Shown here: one piece after another, positions 26,810-37,000 of the stretch
Layout: every line of letters starts with the position of its first letter
How positions within the stretch are numbered: position 1 is the stretch's first letter
DNA from: an uncultured Acidimicrobiales bacterium
GTDB lineage: Bacteria > Actinomycetota > Acidimicrobiia > Acidimicrobiales > CALAML01
Direction: 5' to 3'
NCBI GenBank assembly: GCA_937925845.1
Contig: CALAML010000150.1
Span: forward strand, 8,235-72,234
DNA: 64,000 nucleotides
Notes under the pieces: generated by a model
The model's database searches: none
What the model saw: the letters and a program-made list of their open reading frames with translations, nothing else
Told to the model about the DNA's origin: nothing
Translations under genes and position numbers: made by a program

Positions 26810-28361
26810 TTTGGTCGCTTTCGCCGCCACCGCCGTCCTTCCCATCGCCAAAAACTCGATCCAGAGCGAGGTCCGGGTTCTCAACCAGAGCCCGTACCCC
26901 GTCAAACCACATTGTCACACGCTTCTCCCTGAAGGGAAACCACGGAGGGAGACCGTCGTGCGACGGATTGCCACTACGGAGGAATGACAGAAGGGCCTGA
27001 TGCATGTCGCGGGCCATACCCCGCACCGTCGGAGACTGGGTGGCGCTGTTGTTAAAGACGTGGCGCAACTGGGCCGCATGGGCGGCGCCGTTGCCGCGGC
27101 CGCGATGGGCAAACAGGTACCGATATGCCGGCGCTTCGTAGTGATGGTCGCGGGTTGCGGCCAGCCGCGCCGCCGGCAGCCGGTAGAGCCAGTCGCTGCG
27201 GAAGGTGTCCCACGCTTCAACCGGATCGGTGTCGCCCTGAAGATAGAACGAGATGACGTCTTCGGCCCGGTCGGCCAGCGCCGGGTGGGCCGCCATTCGC
27301 CGAACCATCTCGTCCCGCTCCAGCACCGGCTTCTTGCCCGCCATCACAAACGGCACCCGAAGCTCATCGAGGTTGCTGCCAACCAGCAGCGGGATGTCGG
27401 GTGAGTCTCCCCGAGCGATCACCCCGAGCGGTGGCTCGCGCACCACCGTCGCATCGATCGTCGGACCAAGAAACAGGTGAGTGTCCTCCCGAATATTGGC
27501 CCGCTCCTCCAACCGCAGCTTCCACCACACCGCGCCCTGAGCCCGCACCAACTCTGCCGGCGGAAGCTCACGCAACCGGTGCGGGTCGTCGACCTTGAGG
27601 AACTCCATCACCCGCTCGGTGATCTCGACCGCCCGCTCGGTCGACCGCACCGTCTCGGCGGCACCACTCATCAACACCGCACCGGCCACACCATCGAGGG
27701 CCCCGGGAACCGACAACATCGTGGCGGTGGCCATGGCCCCGGCGGACTGACCCACCACCGTGATGCGTGCCGGATCGCCACCGAATTGCGCCACGTTCTC
27801 GCGCACCCACCGCAGCGCTTGCATCTGATCGGTGAGGCCGGCGTTACCCGAGGCGGCAAAGCTGTCATCGAGGTGTTCCAGATGAAGCCACCCCAGCGCC
27901 CCCAGCCGGTAGTTGATGGAGACCACCACCGCCGGACCGTTGCGAGCCACCCTCCGGGCTCCCGGGCTCACCGGCCGCTTCAGACCCCGAAGCCGGCCGA
28001 TCCCGGCGTTGTCCATGCGGGCCGAACCACCCACAAACGCCCCGCCGTGAATCCACACCAGCACCGGAAGGTCGGCGACCTCGAGGTTGGGCGAGATCAC
28101 GTTGAGGTTCAGACAGTCCTCGCTCGGGTCATAACCCTCCGGGAGCGGATCGGTCGGCGGGGACTGGGGCGAACTCTCGCCAAAGCGGGTGGCATCGAGG
28201 GTGCCACTCCAACCCGGATGAGCCACCGCCGGAGCGAAACGAGCGGCGCCCACCGGTGGCGCGGCATAGGGAATTCCGTGGAAGTGGTAAAGACCACGAT
28301 GCCGGAAGCCTTCGACCCGCCCGGTGGCGGTCGTGACGATCGTGGTGGAGTCGGTGGTCAC
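26781..28361 (-). CDS. type-B carboxylesterase/lipase family protein
   Basis: 'FHGIPYAAPPVG', 'VWIHGGAFVGGS' and nucleophile elbow 'GQSAGA'. Confidence 0.9.
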   Translation of the reverse strand: MTTDSTTIVTTATGRVEGFRHRGLYHFHGIPYAAPPVGAARFAPAVAHPGWSGTLDATRFGESSPQSPPTDPLPEGYDPSEDCLNLNVISPNLEVADLPVLVWIHGGAFVGGSARMDNAGIGRLRGLKRPVSPGARRVARNGPAVVVSINYRLGALGWLHLEHLDDSFAASGNAGLTDQMQALRWVRENVAQFGGDPARITVVGQSAGAMATATMLSVPGALDGVAGAVLMSGAAETVRSTERAVEITERVMEFLKVDDPHRLRELPPAELVRAQGAVWWKLRLEERANIREDTHLFLGPTIDATVVREPPLGVIARGDSPDIPLLVGSNLDELRVPFVMAGKKPVLERDEMVRRMAAHPALADRAEDVISFYLQGDTDPVEAWDTFRSDWLYRLPAARLAATRDHHYEAPAYRYLFAHRGRGNGAAHAAQLRHVFNNSATQSPTVRGMARDMHQALLSFLRSGNPSHDGLPPWFPFREKRVTMWFDGVRALVENPDLALDRVFGDGKDGGGGESDQNERQRLEHG

Positions 28362-28518
28362 GCTGTGCTCTACAACCCGCCTGAGTCTGCGAAACTACGG
28401 TGCCTCTAGCTTACCTTAAAGCGCCCACCGCGTAGAACGGTAAGCTATGGAAAGCTACGGGGTGCGGTTCGCCTGGGAACCGTCTCAGACCTGTCCGAGG
28501 AGACGAGAGGAGCCAAGC

Positions 28519-29625
28519 ATGTTTCGCCTGCCGTTCTTCCGAGTCGACGTTGAGCCCACCAACCGCTGCAACGCGGACTGCTCGTTCTGCCCGCGACACA
28601 TGACCCCGCACGAGGGCCTGATGGCGGCGCCGGTATTCGACCAGGCCCTGAAACGCGTCGTCGAGTTTCGCAACGTAGTCGATGATTACCTCGACATGGA
28701 TGTTGGGGTATCGATGTGTGGCCTCGGAGAACCGTTGCTGCATCCGCAGTTGGCCGAATGGGTCGAGCGGGTCCGCCAGGAAGACCTCCTCTGCACCGTG
28801 AGTTCAAACGGGGCGGTACTCGATGAACGGCGTGGCGAAGCCCTGCTGGCGGCCGGACTCCAGGAGATCTACCTCAACGTCGGAGCCCGGGACGAGAGCT
28901 ACGAGGAGATCTACGACCTGCCCTGGGAACGCACCCGCGACAACGTCCTTGCCTTCGCCGAACGAGCCGCGGCTCACCCGATCGGCTGCGAGGTCCACAT
29001 GGTGCTGGTCGACCATCAGGGAGACGGCGACTCGGTACGAGCCGAGATGGACTTCTGGCGCAGCCACGGCATCACCAACTTTCTCGGCTTCGGCCTGATG
29101 AACCGGGGCGGTGCCCTCGAGACCGATCACAACCACTACGACGACTACCCGGGTCGCGCCGAGGCCACCGAGATGTTCGAAGGCGAGGGTGGACTGCCCC
29201 GCTGCAACGTTCCGGCCATGCTGCCCTTCATCGGCTACGACGGCCTCTACTACCTGTGCTGTTCCGACTGGGTCAAGGAAGCATCGTTTGGCCATGTCGA
29301 CGACCTGGCGATCCACGACCTGTTGGTGGCCAAGGCCCGCCACGTCGATCGGCGAGCGGCACCGTGCGCCACCTGCAGCAACGATCCTCTCAACCACCTC
29401 ACGATGGTGGTCGGCGACGAGCTGACCGACCCCAACCCCGAAACCACCCAGCGCAGCAAGGACTCGGCAGCCTGGCTCAGCCAGTTTGTCGACGCCGGCA
29501 AACAGTATTCCGAAGTCATCAAAGCCCTGGCGCCAGCGATGCACCCACTGTTGGCCAAAGGACCGTCCTCCGAAGCGCCGGTTTCGAGCACGGGACGAAG
29601 GCTGATCCCCGTGACCGGACGCTGA
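28519..29625 (+). CDS. radical SAM enzyme with twitch/partial-SPASM C-terminal domain (paralog A)
   Basis: ATG 28519 is preceded by GAGGAGACGAGAGGAG. 'EPTNRCNADCSFCPR' (CxxxCxxC), 'CGLGEPLLHP' and 'VSSNG'. Auxiliary motif 'CNVPAMLPFIGYDGLYYLCC' (C-x12-G-x4-C), then 'PCATC'. Confidence 0.85.
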   Translation: MFRLPFFRVDVEPTNRCNADCSFCPRHMTPHEGLMAAPVFDQALKRVVEFRNVVDDYLDMDVGVSMCGLGEPLLHPQLAEWVERVRQEDLLCTVSSNGAVLDERRGEALLAAGLQEIYLNVGARDESYEEIYDLPWERTRDNVLAFAERAAAHPIGCEVHMVLVDHQGDGDSVRAEMDFWRSHGITNFLGFGLMNRGGALETDHNHYDDYPGRAEATEMFEGEGGLPRCNVPAMLPFIGYDGLYYLCCSDWVKEASFGHVDDLAIHDLLVAKARHVDRRAAPCATCSNDPLNHLTMVVGDELTDPNPETTQRSKDSAAWLSQFVDAGKQYSEVIKALAPAMHPLLAKGPSSEAPVSSTGRRLIPVTGR

Positions 29626-30698
29626 TGCGGTTCCCCCACGTTCGGGTCGATATCGAGCCCACCAACCGGTGCAACGCCTCGTGTTCGTTCTGCCCACGCG
29701 ACATGACGCCACACGTGGGCCTGATGACCGAAGACATCTTCGAAGCGACGCTGGCCCACACCGTGCGTCTCCACGAACAGGTCACCACCAAGCTCGGCCT
29801 CACCCTCGGAGTTTCGCTGTGCGGTTTGGGCGAACCGCTGATCAACCCACTCACCCCGGAGTGGATCGCGGCGATCCGCAGCGAGGGCCTCGACGTCTCG
29901 GTCACCAGCAACGGGGCACTGCTCGACCAGGCCCGGGGCGACGCCCTCCTCGACGCCGGGTTAAGCGAAATCATGATCAACGTCGGAGAACGCGACGCCG
30001 AGTACGAGGCGGTGTACGGATTGCCGTGGGAACGCACCCGGGACCGGGTGATCCGCTTCGCCCAGGATGCCGAGGACCGCTGCGACATCACCATGGTGCT
30101 GGTCGACCACCGCCGCGACCCCGACCACATCGAAGCCCAGAAGACGTTCTGGCGCAGCCACGGCGTCACTCGCTTCGTGAGCTACGAAGTCATGAACCGG
30201 GGCGGCTCGCTGTTTGTGGACCACATGCGCTTCGCCGACTACCCCGAACAAACCCAGGCCGAGGCCATGTTCGCCGAACGGGGTGGCACCCCACCTTGTC
30301 TGGCGCCGTTTGTGTTCCCCTTTGTCGGCTACGACGGCTACTACTACCTCTGCTGCTCCGACTGGAAGAAGGAAGCGGCGACCGGCCACGTTCTCAAGCA
30401 CTCGTTCGCCGACGCGCTCGCGGCCAAACTCGACCACGTCACCGCCCGCCAAGCCCCGTGTCAGACCTGCAACGTTGACCCACTCAACCGCCTCACCTCG
30501 GAGCTGCGGGCTGCGGCCGAGGGCCACACGCTGGAGGAGCCACCCGACGAGCTGGCCGACAAGCTGGTGGGCTGGGGCCACCAGGTGGTCGAGATCGCCG
30601 AAACCCTGGCGCCGTTTGCGGCCAACCCCGCCGCGGCCTCGGAAACACCCGCTCCCGGACCGGTGCCGGTGACGCTCGGACCAGCACCGCCGTCATGA
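29625..30698 (+). CDS. radical SAM enzyme with twitch/partial-SPASM C-terminal domain (paralog B)
   Basis: ORF opens at 29256. ATG 29625 overlaps the upstream stop (TGATG). 'EPTNRCNASCSFCPR', 'CLAPFVFPFVGYDGYYYLCC' and 'PCQTC'. Roughly 55-60% identity to paralog A by eye. Confidence 0.85.
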   Translation: MRFPHVRVDIEPTNRCNASCSFCPRDMTPHVGLMTEDIFEATLAHTVRLHEQVTTKLGLTLGVSLCGLGEPLINPLTPEWIAAIRSEGLDVSVTSNGALLDQARGDALLDAGLSEIMINVGERDAEYEAVYGLPWERTRDRVIRFAQDAEDRCDITMVLVDHRRDPDHIEAQKTFWRSHGVTRFVSYEVMNRGGSLFVDHMRFADYPEQTQAEAMFAERGGTPPCLAPFVFPFVGYDGYYYLCCSDWKKEAATGHVLKHSFADALAAKLDHVTARQAPCQTCNVDPLNRLTSELRAAAEGHTLEEPPDELADKLVGWGHQVVEIAETLAPFAANPAAASETPAPGPVPVTLGPAPPS

Positions 30699-31408
30699 CC
30701 ACCGGCATCGCCACCGGGCCAACACTCACCGAGGCCCAGGTCGAGTTCTTCAACACCTTCGGCTACCTGGTCCTGCCCGGATGGTTCGCCGCCGAAATCG
30801 ACGACATCACCCGGGCCTTCGAAGCCAAGTTTGCGGCCAGCGAACCGGTTCTGATGGACGCGGCCAACCCCTATCACGTCGCCACCGACCCGGCCTACGC
30901 CGAACACCTGCGAGAGATCGTGGTGCCCTTTGTCGAAGGCGACGACGGGCTCGAGTGGCTGGTGACCGACCCCCGCCTCACCGGTGTGGTCGAGGCGCTC
31001 CTTGGCGACGCCGAGTTCCGGGGCAGCGATGGCAACCGCTTCAACTGCGACGTCCACTACCACGCCGATGTGTACCTTTCGCCGCTGCGCACCCGAAACG
31101 TGAAGGTCTACTTCTACCTTGAGGACCTCACCGCCGAGACCGGTGCGCTGCGTATGATCCCGGGCACCAACTTCCACCTCAGCCCCTTCGCTCGGGCCCT
31201 CCAGCGGGACCTGCAGTCGCCGGATCACACCGAGTCGACCTTTGGGCTTCATGGCCGTGAGGTACCGGCGGTGACACTGCCCACCCAGCCCGGCGACATC
31301 GTGGTCGGTGACTTCCGCACCCTGCACGGAAGCTTCGGCGGGGCGCCGGGGCGCCGGCTCTTCACCCTCAACTGGCGCAAGATCGAACCGGACGCGGCCG
31401 CGGAATGA
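30695..31408 (+). CDS. PhyH-family Fe(II)/2-oxoglutarate dioxygenase (paralog 1)
   Basis: 'QVEFFNTFGYLVLPG' is a PhyH N-terminal signature. 'HYHAD' (HxD), 'GALRMIPGTN' and 'RTLHGS' (distal His). ATGA overlap upstream. Confidence 0.8.
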   Translation: MTTGIATGPTLTEAQVEFFNTFGYLVLPGWFAAEIDDITRAFEAKFAASEPVLMDAANPYHVATDPAYAEHLREIVVPFVEGDDGLEWLVTDPRLTGVVEALLGDAEFRGSDGNRFNCDVHYHADVYLSPLRTRNVKVYFYLEDLTAETGALRMIPGTNFHLSPFARALQRDLQSPDHTESTFGLHGREVPAVTLPTQPGDIVVGDFRTLHGSFGGAPGRRLFTLNWRKIEPDAAAE

Positions 31409-32196
31409 CCACCGGTCTCACCGCCCACCAGGTGGCCCACTTCGACACCTTCGGGTACGTGGCCCTGCCCGGGCTGTTTCTGGACGAGATCACCAACCTC
31501 GACACCGCCTTCGAAGAAGCCTTCGCCGCCGCCGCAGCCCTCGACCCGCCGGAGGTGCTCGAGTTTGAAGGGGACCTCCACCTCAACCAAACCCGCCGCA
31601 TCCTGATGTCGATCGCCGACCGTCACCCGGCAATCGGGGCGGTGCGAGCCGACCCCCGACTGCAAACCATCGCCGGGCAGATTCTTGGCGACCGGTTCGA
31701 GGAAGCTGGCAGCGACGGCAGCATCTTTTCCTGCGAGAGCTCCTGGCACGCCGACACGTTCCACGCCCCGCTGCGACAACGACACATCAAGTTCTCGTTC
31801 TACCTCGACTCCCTCGGTGGCGAGAGCGGTGCCATCCGCATGATCCCGGGCACCAACCACCACCAGACCCGGTTCGCCCGCACCCTGCGTCGCACCCTTC
31901 GGGACCCGGCCGAAATCGAAACCGCCTTCGGTGTCGACCCCGGCTCGGTGCCTTCGGTGGTGGTGCCCAGCGAACCTGGCGACGTGATCCTGTGGGATTA
32001 CCGCACCATCCACGGCAGCTTCCGCGGCGGCGATCGGCGCCGGCTGTTCTCCATCAGCTTCCGCGAGATCCTCGACGAAGCTGACGAGCAGTCTGGCGCC
32101 AACGAGCTCTCGGCGTCGTCGGGCTGGCTCGGCGACAACAGCGACGTGCCAGAGGGCGGGCTGTCGCAGGCCATCACCCACGGGTCCGGCAGCTGA
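31405..32196 (+). CDS. PhyH-family Fe(II)/2-oxoglutarate dioxygenase (paralog 2)
   Basis: 'QVAHFDTFGYVALPG', 'SWHAD', 'GAIRMIPGTN' and 'RTIHGS'. ATGA overlap upstream. Confidence 0.8.
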   Translation: MTTGLTAHQVAHFDTFGYVALPGLFLDEITNLDTAFEEAFAAAAALDPPEVLEFEGDLHLNQTRRILMSIADRHPAIGAVRADPRLQTIAGQILGDRFEEAGSDGSIFSCESSWHADTFHAPLRQRHIKFSFYLDSLGGESGAIRMIPGTNHHQTRFARTLRRTLRDPAEIETAFGVDPGSVPSVVVPSEPGDVILWDYRTIHGSFRGGDRRRLFSISFREILDEADEQSGANELSASSGWLGDNSDVPEGGLSQAITHGSGS

Positions 32197-32239
32197 CCCC
32201 GCTCAGGAACCTTCGATGGATCTTCGCTACTCTTGAGCT

Positions 32240-32977
32240 ATGACGAATCACCTGAACGGCTCCGGGCAGTCGCAGTACCGGGCCGACCCCGATGCTGAGG
32301 CTCCGAGCCCCACGGCCGCGGTAGCGGAGGCTGCGTCCGGCGCCGGGAACCGCGTCCGTTCGATGGTTCGCGGTCGACGCGAGACACCAGCACCGGGATC
32401 CGACCCCAAGGCCGAACTGATGGCCGACGTGCGCCGCCGCCACCCCGGGTTCTGGGAAGCGGTGCGGGCCGACGCCGAGATCACCGCCGCCAACCGCGGC
32501 GAACGACACCAGTTCACCTCCGAACTCGATGCGGTTCGGGAAGCGATCCGCCTGGCGACGGTCAGCGATGCCTTTCTCGGTCAGGTCTACTACCGGGCCA
32601 AGGCGGCGATGCAGGCCAAGGGCATCCCGCTGCTGCCACGAATCGCCCACCGCAAAGCCATGTCGAGTGCCCAGGTGTGTATCGGTGACCCGGTGGTGAT
32701 GGCACCCGGCGTCTACCTGGCCCACGGCCAGGTCGTGATCGACGGCATCACCGAGATCGAAGCGGGCGTCACCATCTTCCCGTGGGTCACCATCGGGCTT
32801 CGCCCGCCCGATGTGCAGGGTCCCACCATCAAGGCCCGAGCCAAGATCGGCAGTGGCTCGAAGGTGCTCGGCGCGGTCACCATCGGCAAATTCGCCAAGG
32901 TTGGCGCCAACGCCGTGGTGCTTGTTGATATACCCAACAACAAGACGGCGATCGGGATCCCAGCGACCGTTCGCTGA
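32240..32977 (+). CDS. hexapeptide-repeat acetyltransferase (serine O-acetyltransferase/CysE-like)
   Basis: Left-handed beta-helix repeats 'IGDPVVMAPGVYLAHGQVVIDGITEIEAGVTIFPWVTIG...AKIGSGSKVLGAVTIGKFAKVGANAVVL'. The helical N-terminal region resembles the SATase N-terminal domain. Confidence 0.8.
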   Translation: MTNHLNGSGQSQYRADPDAEAPSPTAAVAEAASGAGNRVRSMVRGRRETPAPGSDPKAELMADVRRRHPGFWEAVRADAEITAANRGERHQFTSELDAVREAIRLATVSDAFLGQVYYRAKAAMQAKGIPLLPRIAHRKAMSSAQVCIGDPVVMAPGVYLAHGQVVIDGITEIEAGVTIFPWVTIGLRPPDVQGPTIKARAKIGSGSKVLGAVTIGKFAKVGANAVVLVDIPNNKTAIGIPATVR

Positions 32978-33050
32978 GCCCGCATAGACCCGGGGCGACC
33001 ACTCGGAGTATTGTTGTCCACCAGAGAAGCGTTAGGGGAAGGCGGCGGCG

Positions 33051-34070
33051 ATGAGCCTGACAGAGAGCGAAGTTCCACCAACGGCCGAAGTAGGCCTCGA
33101 AGAAGCGCTTGAGCGCATCGATCGGCTGATGAGCCAGATCGGCAAGAGCAACAACGGGCGACCCCGACTCGAAGCGGAGCTGGTACAGGCCCGCTACGAG
33201 GCGTTTGCCCCGCTCAAGGCTGCGGCCGACACCAAGCCGACGGTGCTGCCACCGGTCGCCGACGGCGACCCGCTACCGACCCACGGCGGCATCCCGATCG
33301 TCGACGCCTCAGAGATGACCGGCGCCCTGATCCGCAAGGGCATCCTCCAGGGTGGCGCCACGATGGTACGCGGGCTCTTCGACCCCGAGACCATCGAGAG
33401 CATCCGCGGCGGAATCGACAAGTCGCTTGGGGCCATGGCCAAAGAGCCCCGAGAGCCCCGCAACTCGTGGTATCAGCCGTACTCGCCCGAGCAGGAGTTC
33501 GAACTCAACGTCCAGCGCCACTGGGCCGTCGACTGCGGCGCCATGCTGGCCTCCGACTCACCCCGGGTGCTCTTTGAGGTACTCGCGGCATACGAGCGCA
33601 GCGGCGTGGTGCGGGTGATCAACGAATACCTCGGCGAGCGGCCGGCCATCTCAATGAAGAAGACCGTGCTGCGCCGGGTCGATGTCGACATCCCGGCCGA
33701 CTGGCACCAGGACGGCGCCTTTATGGGCGACAGCCTCTTCAGCCTCAACGTCTGGACCACACTTACCGACTGCGGCAAGGATGCCCCCGGCCTCGACCTG
33801 GTCCCGGCCCGCCTCGACGCCCTGGTGGAAACCGGCACCGAAGGGGCCCACTTCGACTGGTCGGTAGCCCCGGCCGCAGTGGTTGACGCCGCCGGCGACA
33901 CGCCGTTGGCCCGGCCCGATTTCAAGGCCGGGGACGTGGTGTTCTTCGACGAATTCTGCATGCACCGCACCGGCGCCGACGCCGCCATGACGGACCGGCG
34001 CTACGCGGTAGAAATGTGGAGCTTCGCCCCATCGCGATACCCGGGCACCCAGATCCCCCTGGTGATCTGA
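33051..34070 (+). CDS. PhyH-like Fe(II)/2-oxoglutarate dioxygenase with ~95-aa N-terminal helical extension
   Basis: 'ADWHQDG' (HxD), 'GLDLVPARL' and 'FCMHRT' (distal His). Confidence 0.7.
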   Translation: MSLTESEVPPTAEVGLEEALERIDRLMSQIGKSNNGRPRLEAELVQARYEAFAPLKAAADTKPTVLPPVADGDPLPTHGGIPIVDASEMTGALIRKGILQGGATMVRGLFDPETIESIRGGIDKSLGAMAKEPREPRNSWYQPYSPEQEFELNVQRHWAVDCGAMLASDSPRVLFEVLAAYERSGVVRVINEYLGERPAISMKKTVLRRVDVDIPADWHQDGAFMGDSLFSLNVWTTLTDCGKDAPGLDLVPARLDALVETGTEGAHFDWSVAPAAVVDAAGDTPLARPDFKAGDVVFFDEFCMHRTGADAAMTDRRYAVEMWSFAPSRYPGTQIPLVI

Positions 34071-34083
34071 GCGCCCAGCTCGC

Positions 34084-37000
34084 TTACTGGCTAATCCGCT
34101 GGAGCACGCCGCCCTTGATGAAGCCGGCCTCCCGGCGATCGAGGTGGGTTTCTCGCACGAAGTCCTCACGGCTGCCCACGATGGCATCCACCGCCTCGGC
34201 CGGGCCGGCACCATAACCACTCCACACCGGGTGACCGTTCACGATCGTGTCCTCGAACACGGCGAACTGGTTCAGCCCAACCAGATGCGAATACTCGCCG
34301 AACAGTCGGAGAAGCTGGCCCATGTTGTGGCGGCTCAGCATCAACATGGCGTTCGGGTCGTCGCCCATCACCGACCGCAACCGATCGATGGTCTCCGGCG
34401 CCGTCGGATCGAGCGTCAACGTGGTGAGCCGCTCATGGGTCGGCTCGTCCCCGCCTGACCCAGCGTCGCCACCATCACCGTTACCCCCACCATCACCGGC
34501 ATCGGGAGACACCACCGACAGCACCTGACCGTGTCCGATCAGCTCGCAGATCGTGGCCAGGAACCAGGCTCGCTCCGGATCACCGATGTCGATCACGTAG
34601 TCGGGACGCGACGTTGACATCAGCTCCTGATAGGCCATCAGGTCGGCACTCGGCCGTCCGATGGTGCGACCCAACCATTCGGTGCGCTCCCAACTCATCG
34701 AGTTGTACAGCGCGTGGGTAAAGCCGTCCCGAAGCTCTTCGGGAATCGGTACCGCCTGCTCCGGCCGGCCATCGGCGCCGGTGGGGTTGGCCTTGACGAA
34801 GTAGGCCGGAGCCAGCAGCCGCCGCGGTCGGGTCCGCTTGGCCTGATTGCCCATCGAACCAACAAAGTGCAGCGGCTTCTTGGTGGCCCGGAAGGTGACG
34901 CCTCGCAGATCCTCGTAGTGATCACGATAGGAAACCAAGCGCCGCGTCCGCTCGCCAACGTCGGGCATGTTGGTGGTGGTGCCGCCGTGGACCTGATGGA
35001 ACGATGCCTCGCCGAGGGTCGTCACCACCTTCACATCGGGCCGCGACGTATGACGCTCGTAGAAGTCGAGGTTGGCATAGCCACCCCCGGCCATCGAGAA
35101 CGCCTCGTCCATCGAGCCGCACTGCTCCAACAGCGACCGAGGTAGGAAGATGCAGTTGCTCTCGATCATGGGATCGAGCCAGTCGCGATCGCCGATGAAG
35201 TGGCCGATGTTAAACAGCCGGTAACCGTCCTCGGGCCAGTTCACCTCCTTGAACAGACGATCCTCAAAGCGCTGGTTGTAGCCGCCCTGCATGGCCTCGC
35301 TCTGCTGACCCGGCCCCACAAACCATTGCTGGGTGGTGATCACGGCCGGCGGATAGGTGGCGATACCGGTCAGCGCCGCCGACAACACGCCCGGGGTCAG
35401 CACATGGGCCCCGTCGATCATGAAGCCGATGTTGTCGCCCCGCGACTTCTCGACGCCGAAGTTCAAGGCGTTCACCGGACTCGGGGCCGCTTCGTCGCCG
35501 AGGTCGAAGTAGCGGAACTCGGGCCCAAACGAGCGCACGTAGTCCTCGCCCAACGCCTCTTCCGGCTTCGAGCCGTTCTCGACCACAAGCACCTCGTAGT
35601 CGACGTCCTCCAGACCCAATTGGTACGAGCGGCTCAACGAATGCAGGGTGCGAGCGGCCTCGCGCTTCATGTTGTAGAAGACCACCACAACCGACAGGTC
35701 ACACGTTTTGGCCTGGCGCCGGAGATCGGGGATGGGTGCGGCCCGAACCACCGGCTCGTCGGAAGCATCCACCGACTCGGCCTCGGCCTCCTTCTCCCAG
35801 GTGACGCTGACCGAATCGATCCGCTCCAGCACCTCGGTGATCCCGGCCTCCGACCGGAACTCCTGCAACGCCTCTTCGATGTCGGGTTCGGTGCCGCGCT
35901 CGATGATGATCTGCCCGCCCTTGGAGACGCGAGGGTAGAGCTGGGTCAGCGTGCTCACCACATGCTTGGCCTCAACGTTGAGCCGCAACAGCGCCAGCTC
36001 GCCGATCGGGTTCGACGGCAGGGTCACCTCCAAGTCGCCCTGGAGGAAGTGGACCCGATCATCCAGAAGGTCGTAGCGGGCAAAGACCTCCCGCACCTCG
36101 TTCAGATCGGTCGGCGCCACTGAGTCGTCTTCGAGACGGAACTGGTCGGCCACCCACACATGGCGGGCCTCGTCCTCCCAGGCCTCGAGGTAGCCGCGCA
36201 GAAACACCGACTCGCCGCCGCCATCGGTACCCACCACCATGAAGTCGCCCTCGACCTCGCGCTCACGCAGCGAATCGAGCTGACCCCGCAGATGGTCGAG
36301 GCGGTAGTCACCCATCCGGGCATAAGGCAGGAAAGCGGTGCGGTCGGCCACGTTGGTGCGAGGCGGGAAGCCGCTACGACGCTTGGCCTCAAGCTCGCGG
36401 CCCTTCCACAACAGCGCCCGCATCGGGTCCCGAAGGGTGCTGCGATCGGGGGTGGTGCCCCGACGGGCACACATCAACAGATGCTCCATCCGCAGCTCGT
36501 TCTCGATGTAGAAGGCGTTGAGCAACGACTTCTTCAAGATGTTGAGGTAGCGGTCAGCGGAGCGTTCCTGGGCCTTGTTGGCCACCGACACGCCGTAGTT
36601 GTGGTGGTACTCGATATCGGTGAGGCGAAGATCCTCGGTCATCTCGAGCAGCTGCTTGCGGGTGTGGGTCCGCTCCAGCTTGTCGAGGGCATGGGCCAGC
36701 CGCGGCCGCTTCTCCAGATACTCCTCCTCGACCATGATCAACAGGCCGAAGTAGACCGGGAGGAGCACCCGGCGAATCTTCTTCGGGTGCTCCTTCTGGA
36801 AGTCGTCGATGGCGGTCATCACACCGTTGCGCTTGCCGCCCTCAACCACCGCGTTGGCCAGCTGGGAGTTCACGCCGAAACCGGCGCGCGGATGAAGCCG
36901 ACGCCGTCCGCGAACGATGCCGCGCCGCATCCACGGCTGGCGGAACTCGTCGGGAATCTGCTCCGGTGCGTAGTAGAGGTCGCGGCGACCATAAGGCCAC

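Noticed and set aside
28519-30698. Calling the two radical-SAM enzymes canonical anaerobic sulfatase-maturating enzymes (anSME/AtsB).
   Set aside because: They lack the CX2CX5CX3C part of the full SPASM domain and do not resemble the anSME sequence I recall. I keep this only as a low-probability hypothesis in the findings.
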